Of a stretch of DNA of 64,000 nucleotides, positions 9,419 through 19,538 are shown piece after piece. The number at the start of each line of letters is the position of its first letter. Position 1 is the first letter of the stretch. This DNA comes from a virus, in IMG/VR virus record IMGVR_UViG_3300005099_000100, positions 3,032 to 67,031 of that record; one strand, given 5' to 3'. A program made the position numbers and the translations under genes. The notes beneath the pieces are model-generated. The model saw only the letters and a list, made by a program, of their open reading frames with translations, did not search any database and was not told where the DNA came from.

Positions 9419-10390
9419 ATGGATAAGAAACTTAAGGAATTGATGGATCTGATTAAAGCCGATGATTTAGGCCAGCTTCCTGATAATACAGGAGCCAATA
9501 CTTTGTTAAAGCCCGTAGCTGCTAAGGTTATTGAAGAGTTAATTGAAGCTAATGTTTTAAGGAGATTCTTTCCTCGTATTACTATTCCTAAAGAGGCCAG
9601 GAATTTAACTGTTCCCGCTATAGTATACGGGGATACTAATAATGTTAGAGTAATCGACTATGGTGAGGATGCTACTAGTGGTAATGAAACCACTTACGCT
9701 ACAAAATCCATAGTGTTGATTCCTCGTCTCTTAGTAACCTACGTAGATATAATTGAGGATGATCTTGAAACTTCTATTCCTAACTTAGCCAGATTTATCA
9801 GAAAAGCTCTGACTACTAAGTTAGCTGAAGCAGAAGAGAAAGCGATGTTCACCGGAGTTTATAACTCTTCAAGTGGTGGATATGCTAATATTTTTAATGG
9901 GATTTATACCGTAGCTAAAGGATCTACTTGTGCTACTTCGCCTATAACATACGGAGCTTCTGATGATCTTATTGAGAAGTTAGCTGATGCTAAAAAAGCT
10001 CTTGGTGTATATGGTAGGAGTGCGCGTGATCTCGTGCTTTTCTGCTCTTACACATTTGGTAATAAACTAAGAAAGAACGAGAAGATTTATAATGTGAATT
10101 TCATGCCTGGTTCTGATGTACTTAAGACAGGGACTTTACCTCCGATATTAGGAGTTAAAGTTATTGAGACATCTATTCTTGATGATGTTGAAAATGGTGA
10201 AGCCGCTATTCTTGTTCGTAAAGACGCATTTCTTGTTGGTGAGAGAAAAGCAGTATGGGTAAAAACTGACGAGATAGTTGAGAAATTTACTAGTCGTATA
10301 ATTATGGCTGAGCAGATAGACTTCAAACCTCAGTTGATCAATACAGCTGATAAGTTTGAAGGTATTGTGCTTATCCACAAGGCTAGCTAG
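9419..10390 (+). CDS. Major capsid protein (HK97 fold)
   Basis: Follows the protease; typical features DDLE..LARFI..LAEAEEKAMFTG, PILGVKV. ATG at 9419 has AGGAGG at the best spacing (ORF track uses GTG 9410). Confidence 0.85.
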   Translation: MDKKLKELMDLIKADDLGQLPDNTGANTLLKPVAAKVIEELIEANVLRRFFPRITIPKEARNLTVPAIVYGDTNNVRVIDYGEDATSGNETTYATKSIVLIPRLLVTYVDIIEDDLETSIPNLARFIRKALTTKLAEAEEKAMFTGVYNSSSGGYANIFNGIYTVAKGSTCATSPITYGASDDLIEKLADAKKALGVYGRSARDLVLFCSYTFGNKLRKNEKIYNVNFMPGSDVLKTGTLPPILGVKVIETSILDDVENGEAAILVRKDAFLVGERKAVWVKTDEIVEKFTSRIIMAEQIDFKPQLINTADKFEGIVLIHKAS

Positions 10391-10403
10391 TTTTAGAATA
10401 TAT

Positions 10404-10442
10404 CCCCTGTAGGTGTATCACTACATGGTATTCCTACAGGGG
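10404..10442 (+). terminator. Hairpin after capsid gene (terminator/attenuator or stability element)
   Basis: CCCCTGTAGG...CCTACAGGGG 10-bp perfect stem plus inner G-U pairs; weak U tract. Confidence 0.6.
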
Positions 10443-10468
10443 CTTACCTAAATAGTAGAAGGAGTGTT

Positions 10469-11800
10469 ATGGTTCTCTTAAACAATAAAAATCCTCAAGA
10501 TTTACAAATCATTTATAAATCCAAAAATAAAGGAGTATATAGGGGTGAAGGCTCTGCTATTTTTGAACCCGAAGGTAACCCTTTAATATTAGGTTTTTGT
10601 TTTCATCACTATAATAAAGTTTATCCTATTAAGTTAATAAAGACCGCCATTAAAAGAAATCTAGGTATTATCTATGTATGCGATACTTTACCTAATCATT
10701 ATATAGTAGACGATCATATTGTATATGTTGTAACTGGTTTTGAGTGGTTTACTCATTTATTATTTAAAGATATTACTCAATTTAAAGGAGTATTTCATAA
10801 TGGTACTGAAGATGGTAAACGCTACGCTAATATAGTTTCTTCTAGAGGTATGTTTCGTGTACCTCTAATACAGTCTATTGAAGATTTAAAGCAAATTAAA
10901 CCTATAGATAAAGTAGTAAATAATGCAAGGCTTACAAAAGTTTTAATTGAGACGTTTGATGGTTTAGGAGATGTATTGATGTCTCTCCCTTCTGCAAAGA
11001 CTCTAGCAGAACAAGGACACGAAGTTCACTATCTAGTTCATCCTCATTTTGTACCTATCTTTAAAAATCTTGACTTTGTTAAAAAAGTATATTCTAATAA
11101 GCATATCATATCAACCTCTGAATTTGGTTATTACATATCCTTAACTCATAAACTTAGTGACTATAGAGCCCCTTTTAATCAACAACACCGTATATTTTCA
11201 ACCGCTTATTTTTTTGGATTAGCTCCTAAAGATTTAGTAATAAAAAAACCTATTATAGTACTCGATCATGATGAAATGACATGGGCAGTTAACTTTTTAA
11301 GTAAATATTCAAAGCCATTACGCCAAAATGTAGGTATTTGTTGGCAAGCAAACGGGGATCACAGGAGTTATTTACCTACTTATACTCAAAAACTATGTAC
11401 TTTACTAAGTAAGCACAAATATATTCCTTATATTATAAGTGCAAATCCACGTCAGTTTGATAATGCGGTTAATTTAGGAGGTAAACTAACTCTTAGACAA
11501 ATGTTTTCGCTAGTATGGTCCTTAGATTATATTATAACTGTTGATACTGGAGTATTACATGTAGCAGGTGCTTTTGATAAACCTACAATAGCACTTATGG
11601 GTCCTATTGTAGCAGATTGGAGATGTTCTACTTATAAAAATTGTTATCCTATAGAGCCCAAAGTGTCTTGTTTTCCTTGTGCTGATAGACAATGGGTTCC
11701 TAGAGAGAAGCAAAAGTGTAGACTTATTAACTCTTATTGTTTGACTACTATAACTCCTAATAAAATAGTTAGAGTATTAAATAGAATAGCAAGAAGATGA
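10469..11800 (+). CDS. Glycosyltransferase family 9 (heptosyltransferase-like) with extra N-terminal domain
   Basis: DGLGDVLMSLP, LGGKLTL, TVDTGVLHVAGAFDKPTIALMGP, C-terminal CFPC. Confidence 0.85.
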   Translation: MVLLNNKNPQDLQIIYKSKNKGVYRGEGSAIFEPEGNPLILGFCFHHYNKVYPIKLIKTAIKRNLGIIYVCDTLPNHYIVDDHIVYVVTGFEWFTHLLFKDITQFKGVFHNGTEDGKRYANIVSSRGMFRVPLIQSIEDLKQIKPIDKVVNNARLTKVLIETFDGLGDVLMSLPSAKTLAEQGHEVHYLVHPHFVPIFKNLDFVKKVYSNKHIISTSEFGYYISLTHKLSDYRAPFNQQHRIFSTAYFFGLAPKDLVIKKPIIVLDHDEMTWAVNFLSKYSKPLRQNVGICWQANGDHRSYLPTYTQKLCTLLSKHKYIPYIISANPRQFDNAVNLGGKLTLRQMFSLVWSLDYIITVDTGVLHVAGAFDKPTIALMGPIVADWRCSTYKNCYPIEPKVSCFPCADRQWVPREKQKCRLINSYCLTTITPNKIVRVLNRIARR

Positions 11801-12780
11801 AAATACATAAATATTTTTTAATAACAGATACGCACTATGAGAATCCTAATCCAGGCGATATTTTAATAGGTAAAGGAATTGAGTATCTAATAACCCAAGT
11901 AGAGAGACGTTATAATAACTTTCCTATTTTTAATTATATAAATATTTTTGGATCTGATGATGCTATTTGGGGTAGGGTATATAAGGAAGCGGACTTTATT
12001 ATTGTATGCGGAACTCCTCAGTTAGGACTTGATCATATACCTCAACATTTAGGACAAACTTTTTATGACAAATTATGGCATGCTAAACGTCTTGGAATCA
12101 TAGTAGCTAATTTATGGTTAGGAATATGCATGGGTTCTCCTACTTTAAATATCCCTTCTTTTGTAGAGCGACTATATTGCTCGTCAATCACTAAATTTAT
12201 CACTAAAAATTTTAAGTTATATGATTTGATTATCTCACGAGATTTATTAACCTATCGAGTTTTAAGTAGACTAAAAATTGAAAATCATTTACTTATTGAT
12301 TCAGTTTTTTATTCTCCGTATTATTACAAAATAAATAACAGTAGCGAATCTATTAATATAGTAGTACCGCGACATATTCCATCTCACAACGCTCGAATAA
12401 TAGATACGTTTAAGAAGTTTGATAAATTCGTTGTACTTACTCACGACATTACCGACTTCAATGCTTATAAAGAACATTTTTCGAACATAATATGTGTAAA
12501 TAATCCTAAATCTCTAGTAGAAATATATTCTAAAGCTTCCACAGTAATATCTTTAAGAGTACATGGATCAGTATTAGCTACATTTTTTGGAGCTAAAGTA
12601 GCTAATATTAGTATGGATAGTAGATCTAACATTTTATCTAGTGTAGGTATTAGATCTACTAGTATTAACAACTTAAAGACGTTAAGTTTCAATAGAATCA
12701 ATATAAAACCCTACTTGGAAAATAACTTTAATAAGTTTTTATATTTATTTTATAATAAGTGTATAAAGGCACATGAATAA
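11797..12780 (+). CDS. Polysaccharide pyruvyl transferase-like (GT-B) protein
   Basis: NPGDILI, ISRD, ISLRVHGSVLA motifs. Confidence 0.7.
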   Translation: MKIHKYFLITDTHYENPNPGDILIGKGIEYLITQVERRYNNFPIFNYINIFGSDDAIWGRVYKEADFIIVCGTPQLGLDHIPQHLGQTFYDKLWHAKRLGIIVANLWLGICMGSPTLNIPSFVERLYCSSITKFITKNFKLYDLIISRDLLTYRVLSRLKIENHLLIDSVFYSPYYYKINNSSESINIVVPRHIPSHNARIIDTFKKFDKFVVLTHDITDFNAYKEHFSNIICVNNPKSLVEIYSKASTVISLRVHGSVLATFFGAKVANISMDSRSNILSSVGIRSTSINNLKTLSFNRINIKPYLENNFNKFLYLFYNKCIKAHE

Positions 12781-13669
12781 GATACTCATTGAATCTTTTG
12801 ATGGTTTAGGAGACATTATTATGTCATTACCAGTTGCTAGATACTACCACAACAAAGGATATGAGGTAGACTATATAGTAAAACGTTATATCATTCCACT
12901 TTTTGATTTTGTACCTTATGTTAAAAATGTATATTACTCTAATCATTATATAGACACTAATATTTACCAGTGTAAATTTTCTATCGGAGGTAAATTAAGT
13001 CAGTACCACCTAGAAACTTGCAGACAGCATCGTACTGATGCTTCTTTCATATTGTGTGATGTTGACCCTAAAAGTATCTCTAGCAACTTAAAAGTGCCTC
13101 TAATAGTAATACCTATTTCATATAGCCAGTGGGCTTCTCAATTTATGAAAGACAATAAGATCAATATAGTACTTAGTCTTATCTCTCAGTCCAAGTATAG
13201 AACATATTTTTACTTTAATGAGTTGATTTCTTTACTTGATACTTCTTTGTTTAATATAATATTTGTTCACTCTAGAAGGATACCTATAAATATTAGTAAT
13301 GGAATTAATCTAACCGGCAAAACTAATATTACCCAATTTATAAGTGTAGTTAGTAAAGCAGATATAGTGTTAAGTGTAGATACTAGCACATGTCAGGTAG
13401 CAGGAGCTTTAGGTGTTCCTTTACTAGCTGTATTTACTACCATTCCTCCAGAATGGAGACTTAAATATTTTACTAAAGTTAAAGTAGTAACTCCTACGAT
13501 AGCCTGTTCTCCCTGCTGGGACCTAACTCGGATTAATGAACGAACCCGTCGTGAGTGTGTTGAGAGTCAAGTACCTAAATGTATTCAGGAGATACCACCC
13601 AAGTTGATACATACTGAATTACTAAATTTTATTAAGGAACTAAATGTTTTCAATATAAAAGGGCTATGA
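12773..13669 (+). CDS. Glycosyltransferase family 9
   Basis: DGLGDIIMSLP, NLTGKT, SVDTS..VAGALGVP, CSPC. Confidence 0.85.
   Translation: MNKILIESFDGLGDIIMSLPVARYYHNKGYEVDYIVKRYIIPLFDFVPYVKNVYYSNHYIDTNIYQCKFSIGGKLSQYHLETCRQHRTDASFILCDVDPKSISSNLKVPLIVIPISYSQWASQFMKDNKINIVLSLISQSKYRTYFYFNELISLLDTSLFNIIFVHSRRIPINISNGINLTGKTNITQFISVVSKADIVLSVDTSTCQVAGALGVPLLAVFTTIPPEWRLKYFTKVKVVTPTIACSPCWDLTRINERTRRECVESQVPKCIQEIPPKLIHTELLNFIKELNVFNIKGL
13641..13658 (+). promoter_or_regulatory. Putative late promoter (18-bp repeat)
   Basis: TAAATGTTTTCAATATAA, identical to 15971-15988. Confidence 0.55.
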
Positions 13670-14178
13670 TTTTACTTGTTTTTTTGAATGAACACGATAA
13701 ACAGTCATATTTGTTAGGAAGAGATTTACCTTCATATTTAGTAGGTGATTATGTTAAAATATATACTAGGTACAAAGTTTCTAAGTACGAGAGATGTGAT
13801 ACTAAAGACACTCTTAGTAAAATTAGAGAGTATGCCCAGGTATTTGATAAAATCATTATAAGTTTTGGATTGAGATTATTTCCTCCTTCAGCTTATAAAG
13901 AGATCATTCAAGAGTATAAAAAAACTAACGAAAATCTAGTGTTTCTTAAAAAACTTAAAGGTTCAAAAACTTGGTCGATTGTTAATAATAAGCTAAAATT
14001 TGATAACTATAGAATTGCCGATACCGGATTATTTATTTTAAAATCCCAAGATATTTTGAACAGTAAAACTAATAATTTTAACACCTTTTTAAAAGAGCTA
14101 ACTAAGTTACAAAAGTTAACATATAAGTTTGTACCGTATTGGTTATTTACGAATAAATCTAAAAGGAGTAAAAGATGA
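13666..14178 (+). CDS. Hypothetical protein
   Basis: 170-aa ORF translationally coupled on both sides. Confidence 0.6.
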   Translation: MILLVFLNEHDKQSYLLGRDLPSYLVGDYVKIYTRYKVSKYERCDTKDTLSKIREYAQVFDKIIISFGLRLFPPSAYKEIIQEYKKTNENLVFLKKLKGSKTWSIVNNKLKFDNYRIADTGLFILKSQDILNSKTNNFNTFLKELTKLQKLTYKFVPYWLFTNKSKRSKR

Positions 14179-14756
14179 ACCTTATTACCATTTCTGATAT
14201 TTATACTATTACAGGTATGGACAATGATGTTTTAGCGTCATTGATCCCTTATGCAGAGGCTCAAGCGGAAGCTATGCTAGGTTTCTTAAAAAAAGAAACT
14301 AAAACTTATGAGGATTACGTTTACGAGGATACTTATATTATTCAGCTACCTCTTAAGCCGGTTAATGAGGTGAGTTCTATAACATATCAAACCTCCGCTA
14401 CAAGTGACGGACAATCTATTACTGATTTTAGAGTTGTTAAAGAAAAAGGACTTGTTATTAGTGACACTAAGATTCCCGAAGACTCAACTTTTACAGTTAC
14501 ATATTCGATAGGATGGGACCAGTCTGACGTTCCCAATCTTGTGAAAATGTTGTTAGTTATATTAGTAGTAGATCATTATTTTTCATTGTACCCAGATACT
14601 ACTAATTCATCTCAAATTGTAATTAGTGAAAAAATAGGAGATTATGCAGTAAAGTATGCAAATTTAGAGAAAACTTCTTTTAGAACTTTTCAGGATTGGG
14701 CTAATTATTTAGGTGAACTAATACTTAATGGAAGTAATTTAGGAAATATAGCATGA
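14175..14756 (+). CDS. Head-tail adaptor (gp6/gp15-like)
   Basis: LPLKPV..VSSITY, VTYSIGW, SEKIGDYAVKY; position after the head genes. Confidence 0.75.
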   Translation: MNLITISDIYTITGMDNDVLASLIPYAEAQAEAMLGFLKKETKTYEDYVYEDTYIIQLPLKPVNEVSSITYQTSATSDGQSITDFRVVKEKGLVISDTKIPEDSTFTVTYSIGWDQSDVPNLVKMLLVILVVDHYFSLYPDTTNSSQIVISEKIGDYAVKYANLEKTSFRTFQDWANYLGELILNGSNLGNIA

Positions 14757-15079
14757 GTTTAACTAACTTACTTAACAAGACTGCCGCAGTTTATAGAAAA
14801 TCTACCTTATCTATAAACGAATTTGGTGAGAGACAAACTACCTTAAGTACTGTAGTCTCAAATTTAAAAGTAGCTTTACAACCTTTAAAAGAAGAACTAA
14901 GTCATTCATATGAAGGACATACTTATGTAATTCGCGACGTAGTTTATTGCTCTTATAGGGAAGATATATTACCAGGCGATATTATAGAAATAAACAATAA
15001 AAAATATTTTATTATTAGTGTTGAAAATGATGGAGGTAGAAATCACCATCTAAGAATGTTAATAGTACAACATGATTAA
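14753..15079 (+). CDS. Head closure/stopper protein
   Basis: NEFGE, DILPGDII..KYFIISV..HHL; synteny. Confidence 0.7.
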   Translation: MSLTNLLNKTAAVYRKSTLSINEFGERQTTLSTVVSNLKVALQPLKEELSHSYEGHTYVIRDVVYCSYREDILPGDIIEINNKKYFIISVENDGGRNHHLRMLIVQHD

Positions 15080-15542
15080 AATAGAACTAAACTCTAAAAA
15101 ACTAGATAGATTTATACGTAAGTTTAACCGCTTGGAAACTTTACCGCGTCGACTACGGTCTGATATGTACAGACTAGGTGAAGGGTGCTATAAGTATATA
15201 AAGAGTATTATACCCGTATCAAAATTACATAAACCTCACTTACGTAACAACTTTATTATTAAAGTATACAGAAGCGCTCCTCTTAGTGTGACTTTAAAAA
15301 TATCGCCCAAACCTGAGTTTACATATGCTATATTTTTAGCTCTAGGAGTTGATATTCCTACTAGATTTCCCCGAAGGGCTAAAGCTTTAAGATTTATTGG
15401 ATATCACGACAAAAAAGTTGTATTTGCTCGTAGAGCTAAGGGTTTTACATTTAGTCATGTAAAATATGTTTCTAAAGGAGAACATTGGCTTAAAAAGAAT
15501 TTTAAATCGTATATAGATACTACTTTAAGGAGATACTTATGA
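15072..15542 (+). CDS. Neck/tail-completion protein (HK97 gp10-like)
   Basis: Basic; YAIFLALG, AKALRF motif; synteny. Confidence 0.55.
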   Translation: MIKIELNSKKLDRFIRKFNRLETLPRRLRSDMYRLGEGCYKYIKSIIPVSKLHKPHLRNNFIIKVYRSAPLSVTLKISPKPEFTYAIFLALGVDIPTRFPRRAKALRFIGYHDKKVVFARRAKGFTFSHVKYVSKGEHWLKKNFKSYIDTTLRRYL

Positions 15543-15961
15543 ATATTACTAGTACTATTATTAATATTCTTAGAAATGACACTAGCATTCAATCTTTTTT
15601 AGGTGCTACAAGTAGTACTGATTGCCCAGTTTTTACTTCTTTTAATAATGATAGTTCTGTAAATAAGCAAATAAACATTACATTAGAGTACGGTGAAACC
15701 ATTCCTTTTGATAGTTCTGGTAAAACTCATGACGGTACCGTACGTATATTTGTAGTAGTTAAAGATAATGTAGATGAGCCAATAAAGACTATTAATAATA
15801 TAGCTAAACGTATTTTAGAACTCATTGATATAAAAGCTCTTACTTCCCCTGAGGGTACTATTTATTGGGTACAAAAAAAAGATAGTGATTTTACTCATTA
15901 TGAAGCTCTTCGTTTATATGAGTTAATGTTAACTTTTAGGTTCGTTATAACAGAAAATTAA
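15539..15961 (+). CDS. Tail terminator protein (putative)
   Basis: 140 aa, directly upstream of the tail tube gene. Confidence 0.55.
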   Translation: MNITSTIINILRNDTSIQSFLGATSSTDCPVFTSFNNDSSVNKQINITLEYGETIPFDSSGKTHDGTVRIFVVVKDNVDEPIKTINNIAKRILELIDIKALTSPEGTIYWVQKKDSDFTHYEALRLYELMLTFRFVITEN

Positions 15962-15970
15962 GTGGTTAAA

Positions 15971-15988
15971 TAAATGTTTTCAATATAA
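15971..15988 (+). promoter_or_regulatory. Putative late promoter (18-bp repeat)
   Basis: TAAATGTTTTCAATATAA in the intergenic gap before the tail tube gene. Confidence 0.55.
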
Positions 15989-16030
15989 GGGCGTTAGAGT
16001 TAGCTTAAATATAATTAAGGAGGTGTTATA

Positions 16031-16405
16031 ATGAAGTTCTCTGTAGGGAGAATTAAACTAGGTTCCGATATTATTGCTAAATGTACGGGTATTACCGTGC
16101 GTTTTGATGGTAACCCTGTAGATTTATATGCTGGAGGATATAAAGATCCTCATGAAATTGAGATAGGTAATAGAGCGACTACTATTACTGTTGAGTATGC
16201 GGAATGGTCTAATAGTATAGATCCCGATACAGTATTACCTAATACATATGTTGATGTAGAACTATTAGCATCTGCTGCTGATTCTAACAGAGGTATTAGC
16301 GGAGTTACATTATCTAGATGTAAAGCGGTATCTTGGGAAGTTGCGTCTACTCAGGATGGTTTTGTAACTTATAGATTAGAATTAAGGAAAGCACTTAGTT
16401 CATAA
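16031..16405 (+). CDS. Major tail (tube) protein, putative
   Basis: Strong SD, beta-rich, sits between terminator and chaperone genes. Confidence 0.6.
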   Translation: MKFSVGRIKLGSDIIAKCTGITVRFDGNPVDLYAGGYKDPHEIEIGNRATTITVEYAEWSNSIDPDTVLPNTYVDVELLASAADSNRGISGVTLSRCKAVSWEVASTQDGFVTYRLELRKALSS

Positions 16406-16437
16406 TATAACTATTTAGTAGAAGGAGGTTTAAAAAC

Positions 16438-16758
16438 ATGGAAGAACGTGTAATACAGTCTGCAATACTCAAAGTTAAATTATTAAATGGGTCGTTTATA
16501 TCGATAAGACCTCTCACCTTAGCTGAACGTAAGAAGTGTCTTGAAATTTTACCTCAAGCTTTTGATAGTAACCCTGATAAATTCGCTGAACAATACATTG
16601 AAGCTCAAGAGTCTATTCTACATTTTATAATTTCTAGAACTAATCCTAACTTCTCGAAAGAAGATGTTAATAAACTGCTGGATGGTAGTCTTATCGAACA
16701 AATAGTTAAATTTGCTCTAAAAGACCCGTTTAGTGAAATTCTAGGTTTTTCTGGATAA
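16438..16758 (+). CDS. Tail assembly chaperone (G-like)
   Basis: IRPLTL motif; upstream of the tape measure. Confidence 0.6.
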   Translation: MEERVIQSAILKVKLLNGSFISIRPLTLAERKKCLEILPQAFDSNPDKFAEQYIEAQESILHFIISRTNPNFSKEDVNKLLDGSLIEQIVKFALKDPFSEILGFSG

Positions 16759-17087
16759 TGAATTTAAAAGAAGTATTTAAACAATTTATAGAATCTGAAA
16801 AGAAGTTCAATTTTTTTGTTGTAGATTTACTAGCTAGTGAGTATGGATGGCCTATTGAATATATAGAGAACCTTACTTTACCCGAAATAGCAGGGTTAAT
16901 TATAGCTATCAGGGAAAGAAAAGATTTAAGGGATATGCTCGATCAAATAAATGTAGCTAAGGGTTTTAGTGGTCAAATTTCTTCTAATCTTAAACCTAAA
17001 GTAGAACAGTCTAAAGAGGATGAGCGTAAAAATTTAGAGACACTAGCGAAGATGCTTAAGTTAAAAGTACGGAGGATAGATGGGTAG
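16758..17087 (+). CDS. Tail assembly chaperone (T-like)
   Basis: LASEYGW..EYIENLT motif; -1 frame relative to the previous gene. Confidence 0.6.
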   Translation: MNLKEVFKQFIESEKKFNFFVVDLLASEYGWPIEYIENLTLPEIAGLIIAIRERKDLRDMLDQINVAKGFSGQISSNLKPKVEQSKEDERKNLETLAKMLKLKVRRIDG

Positions 17088-19527
17088 AGAAGAGATTCAA
17101 CTAACTTTTAGTTTTGTGAGATATAGTCAAGCTAAATATAGATTAAAGCAGCTCCAGAAAATGCTTAAGACTATGACTAAAGTATCGTTTAGACCTGTTT
17201 TAATAGGGCTTGGGTGGATTATAAATAGAACGTCTAAAATTGCAAAAACTTATAAACGATTAGGTACAACTATGGCTAGATCTTTCAGGTCCGCAGTTTT
17301 TAGGACCATGTCTTATTCTATATTAAATTTTCTCACTATGCCTTTTAAACAAGCGACTCAGGCTATCCGAGAAAATTACCAAGTAAGCTTGATGTTAGGT
17401 AGATCTGCAGCCATATTATCTCAAGAGGGGGGTAATATGGCTAAAACTTATGACAACTTAATTAACTTAATTACTAACACTAAAAATACAACTTATCTTC
17501 TTACAAAAGGTTTAGCGGATACTTCATTTACTTTAGCTATCGCAGGTGTTAGAGGTAAAAAATTTTCTGAGGTTTTAGGAATTATAGATAAAATGGCTGC
17601 TATTACTGGGTCTGATGCGAAAAGTATTTCACTTGATTTTATTCGACTGACTAATGCTTTTCAGATAAGTGGCGCTGAAATGAGTAAAGCTGCAGATATA
17701 TTGATCAAAGGTATTTCTAACGCAGTTATAATGTTACCTGATTTATTAAACGCAGTTAAGATGTTAGGTCCTACTTGGGTTATGGCTTTTGGACCAGGTA
17801 TTAAATCTTTAAAAGAATTTACAGCCGCAGTAATGGCTTTAGGTGATGTAGGTCTTCGTGGAGGTCAAGGTGCGCGATATTTAAACCGTTTTATTTTAGG
17901 ATTAATAGCACCATCCCAAAAGACAGCTGCTATAATGAGAGCTATGGGTTTTAATGTTTATGAGGCTACTGGAAATTCTAAGTCTTTTGGTAATGCCTTA
18001 GATAAAGTAGCTACTGATGTAGGAAAACTACAGCTTAAACTTGATGAACTTACTAAAAAGCAAGCTGAGTATGTAGCTATGGGTAAATCCAATGTAGCAA
18101 TAAATCAAAGAATATCAGCTATACAAGATGAGATGGCTAAAAAAACCAAAGCTTTAGAAGTGTTATATACTAGGTTTGTTCATGCTGGAGGTAAGTTAAA
18201 ACCTATACATCAAATTTTAAACGACTTTGCGGATGCGTTAGCTAATAATAATGATCGGGCTTTAGAGATGTTTCAGTTATTTAAAAGACTATTTCAATTA
18301 AGGGGTTTAAGAGCTACTGCTTTAATTAAAGACATAAGAGCATATAACGAATCTAGACGCGAAATTAATAGATTTTCAGGTGCTTTATCCAGACTAGTTG
18401 AAAATACTAAGGAAACGTGGTCGTTTACAGTTAGAGAAGCGCAGGCGTCGTCCTCTAAACTTAAGCTTATACTTACTGAAATGATAGGTGCTCCTATACT
18501 TAAAGCTATTAACAAGGCTATGAACGATAATGTAATTACTCCTATAGTAGAGGCATTTAAGCGTAATGACTATTGGCAGTCTATTAGAAATATACTTAAA
18601 GATAAATTTAAAAAAGTTTTTTCTGATTTAGGTACATCTTTTAAAGATTTATTTTTACTACTGGTTGCTCCTGAACAAATGGTTAAACCTCTTAAGCGAG
18701 GCACTCAAGAATGGAAAGACGCGATTAAAATAGCTAATCTAAAAATAGTTGAAGCTTTTCGCCCTTTATTTTCTATAATAGGAAATATATTTCGTAAAAT
18801 AGGTAGATTAGCAGGCGAAGGTTTTATGGCTACATTTGAAGAGGCAATAGCAGTTACACCGTTATTGGGACGTTTTACTGAGTTAGGTAGAAGAATAAGA
18901 CACGCTATGAAAATCCACGAGTTAGTTACACGTAATATACAAGTGGCAGGTGGTATTATTGGTACTAGATACAGAATTCCTTATAAAACCGCGCAAAAAG
19001 TAGCGTGGCAACAGATGAAGTTAGCTATCCAAGGTAAACCTACTACTTTACCTCAAGATATAGTAGATGAAATAAGAAAACTTAATGTAACTTTATCAGG
19101 TAATATAGCTTCTATGCGTAGTAATATAGCTTCTATGCGTAATATATCTATTAGAAGAGAAGACATTTCTTTACGTAGATTATATGAAACCTTATTAGCA
19201 CCTATAACAACAACAAAAGTAAGAAAACCTGAGGGAGCAAGAGCTTACATTGTATTACATAATGTCAAACCCACTGATTTTTATACTAGTACTAATATAT
19301 ATAAAGAACATTTTGAAGCTATAAAAAATGCAGTAAGCTCACAGGCTAATACATTACAGGAAGCTACTTTAAGTTTAAAACAACTAACTAATTATTCTAG
19401 TAAATTAGAAAGTTTAATGGAACAACTAGCTAATGCAGTTGCTAATTCTGATAAAACATCTATCAAACGTATTGAGAGAGAAATTAATCGCATTAAACAG
19501 TTACAAAGCACTAAAGGAGCGTTTTAA
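17080..19527 (+). CDS. Tail tape measure protein
   Basis: 815 aa helical protein with a TP901-type core (LGDVGLRGGQGAR). Confidence 0.85.
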   Translation: MGREEIQLTFSFVRYSQAKYRLKQLQKMLKTMTKVSFRPVLIGLGWIINRTSKIAKTYKRLGTTMARSFRSAVFRTMSYSILNFLTMPFKQATQAIRENYQVSLMLGRSAAILSQEGGNMAKTYDNLINLITNTKNTTYLLTKGLADTSFTLAIAGVRGKKFSEVLGIIDKMAAITGSDAKSISLDFIRLTNAFQISGAEMSKAADILIKGISNAVIMLPDLLNAVKMLGPTWVMAFGPGIKSLKEFTAAVMALGDVGLRGGQGARYLNRFILGLIAPSQKTAAIMRAMGFNVYEATGNSKSFGNALDKVATDVGKLQLKLDELTKKQAEYVAMGKSNVAINQRISAIQDEMAKKTKALEVLYTRFVHAGGKLKPIHQILNDFADALANNNDRALEMFQLFKRLFQLRGLRATALIKDIRAYNESRREINRFSGALSRLVENTKETWSFTVREAQASSSKLKLILTEMIGAPILKAINKAMNDNVITPIVEAFKRNDYWQSIRNILKDKFKKVFSDLGTSFKDLFLLLVAPEQMVKPLKRGTQEWKDAIKIANLKIVEAFRPLFSIIGNIFRKIGRLAGEGFMATFEEAIAVTPLLGRFTELGRRIRHAMKIHELVTRNIQVAGGIIGTRYRIPYKTAQKVAWQQMKLAIQGKPTTLPQDIVDEIRKLNVTLSGNIASMRSNIASMRNISIRREDISLRRLYETLLAPITTTKVRKPEGARAYIVLHNVKPTDFYTSTNIYKEHFEAIKNAVSSQANTLQEATLSLKQLTNYSSKLESLMEQLANAVANSDKTSIKRIEREINRIKQLQSTKGAF
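19100..19141 (+). repeat. Exact 21-bp tandem duplication in tape measure
   Basis: GTAATATAGCTTCTATGCGTA x2 (NIASMR repeat). Confidence 0.9.
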
Positions 19528-19538
19528 GGAGGTAATTT

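Noticed and set aside
19100-19141. 21-bp tandem repeat as a regulatory element
   Set aside because: It is an in-frame 7-aa duplication, typical of tape-measure length variation
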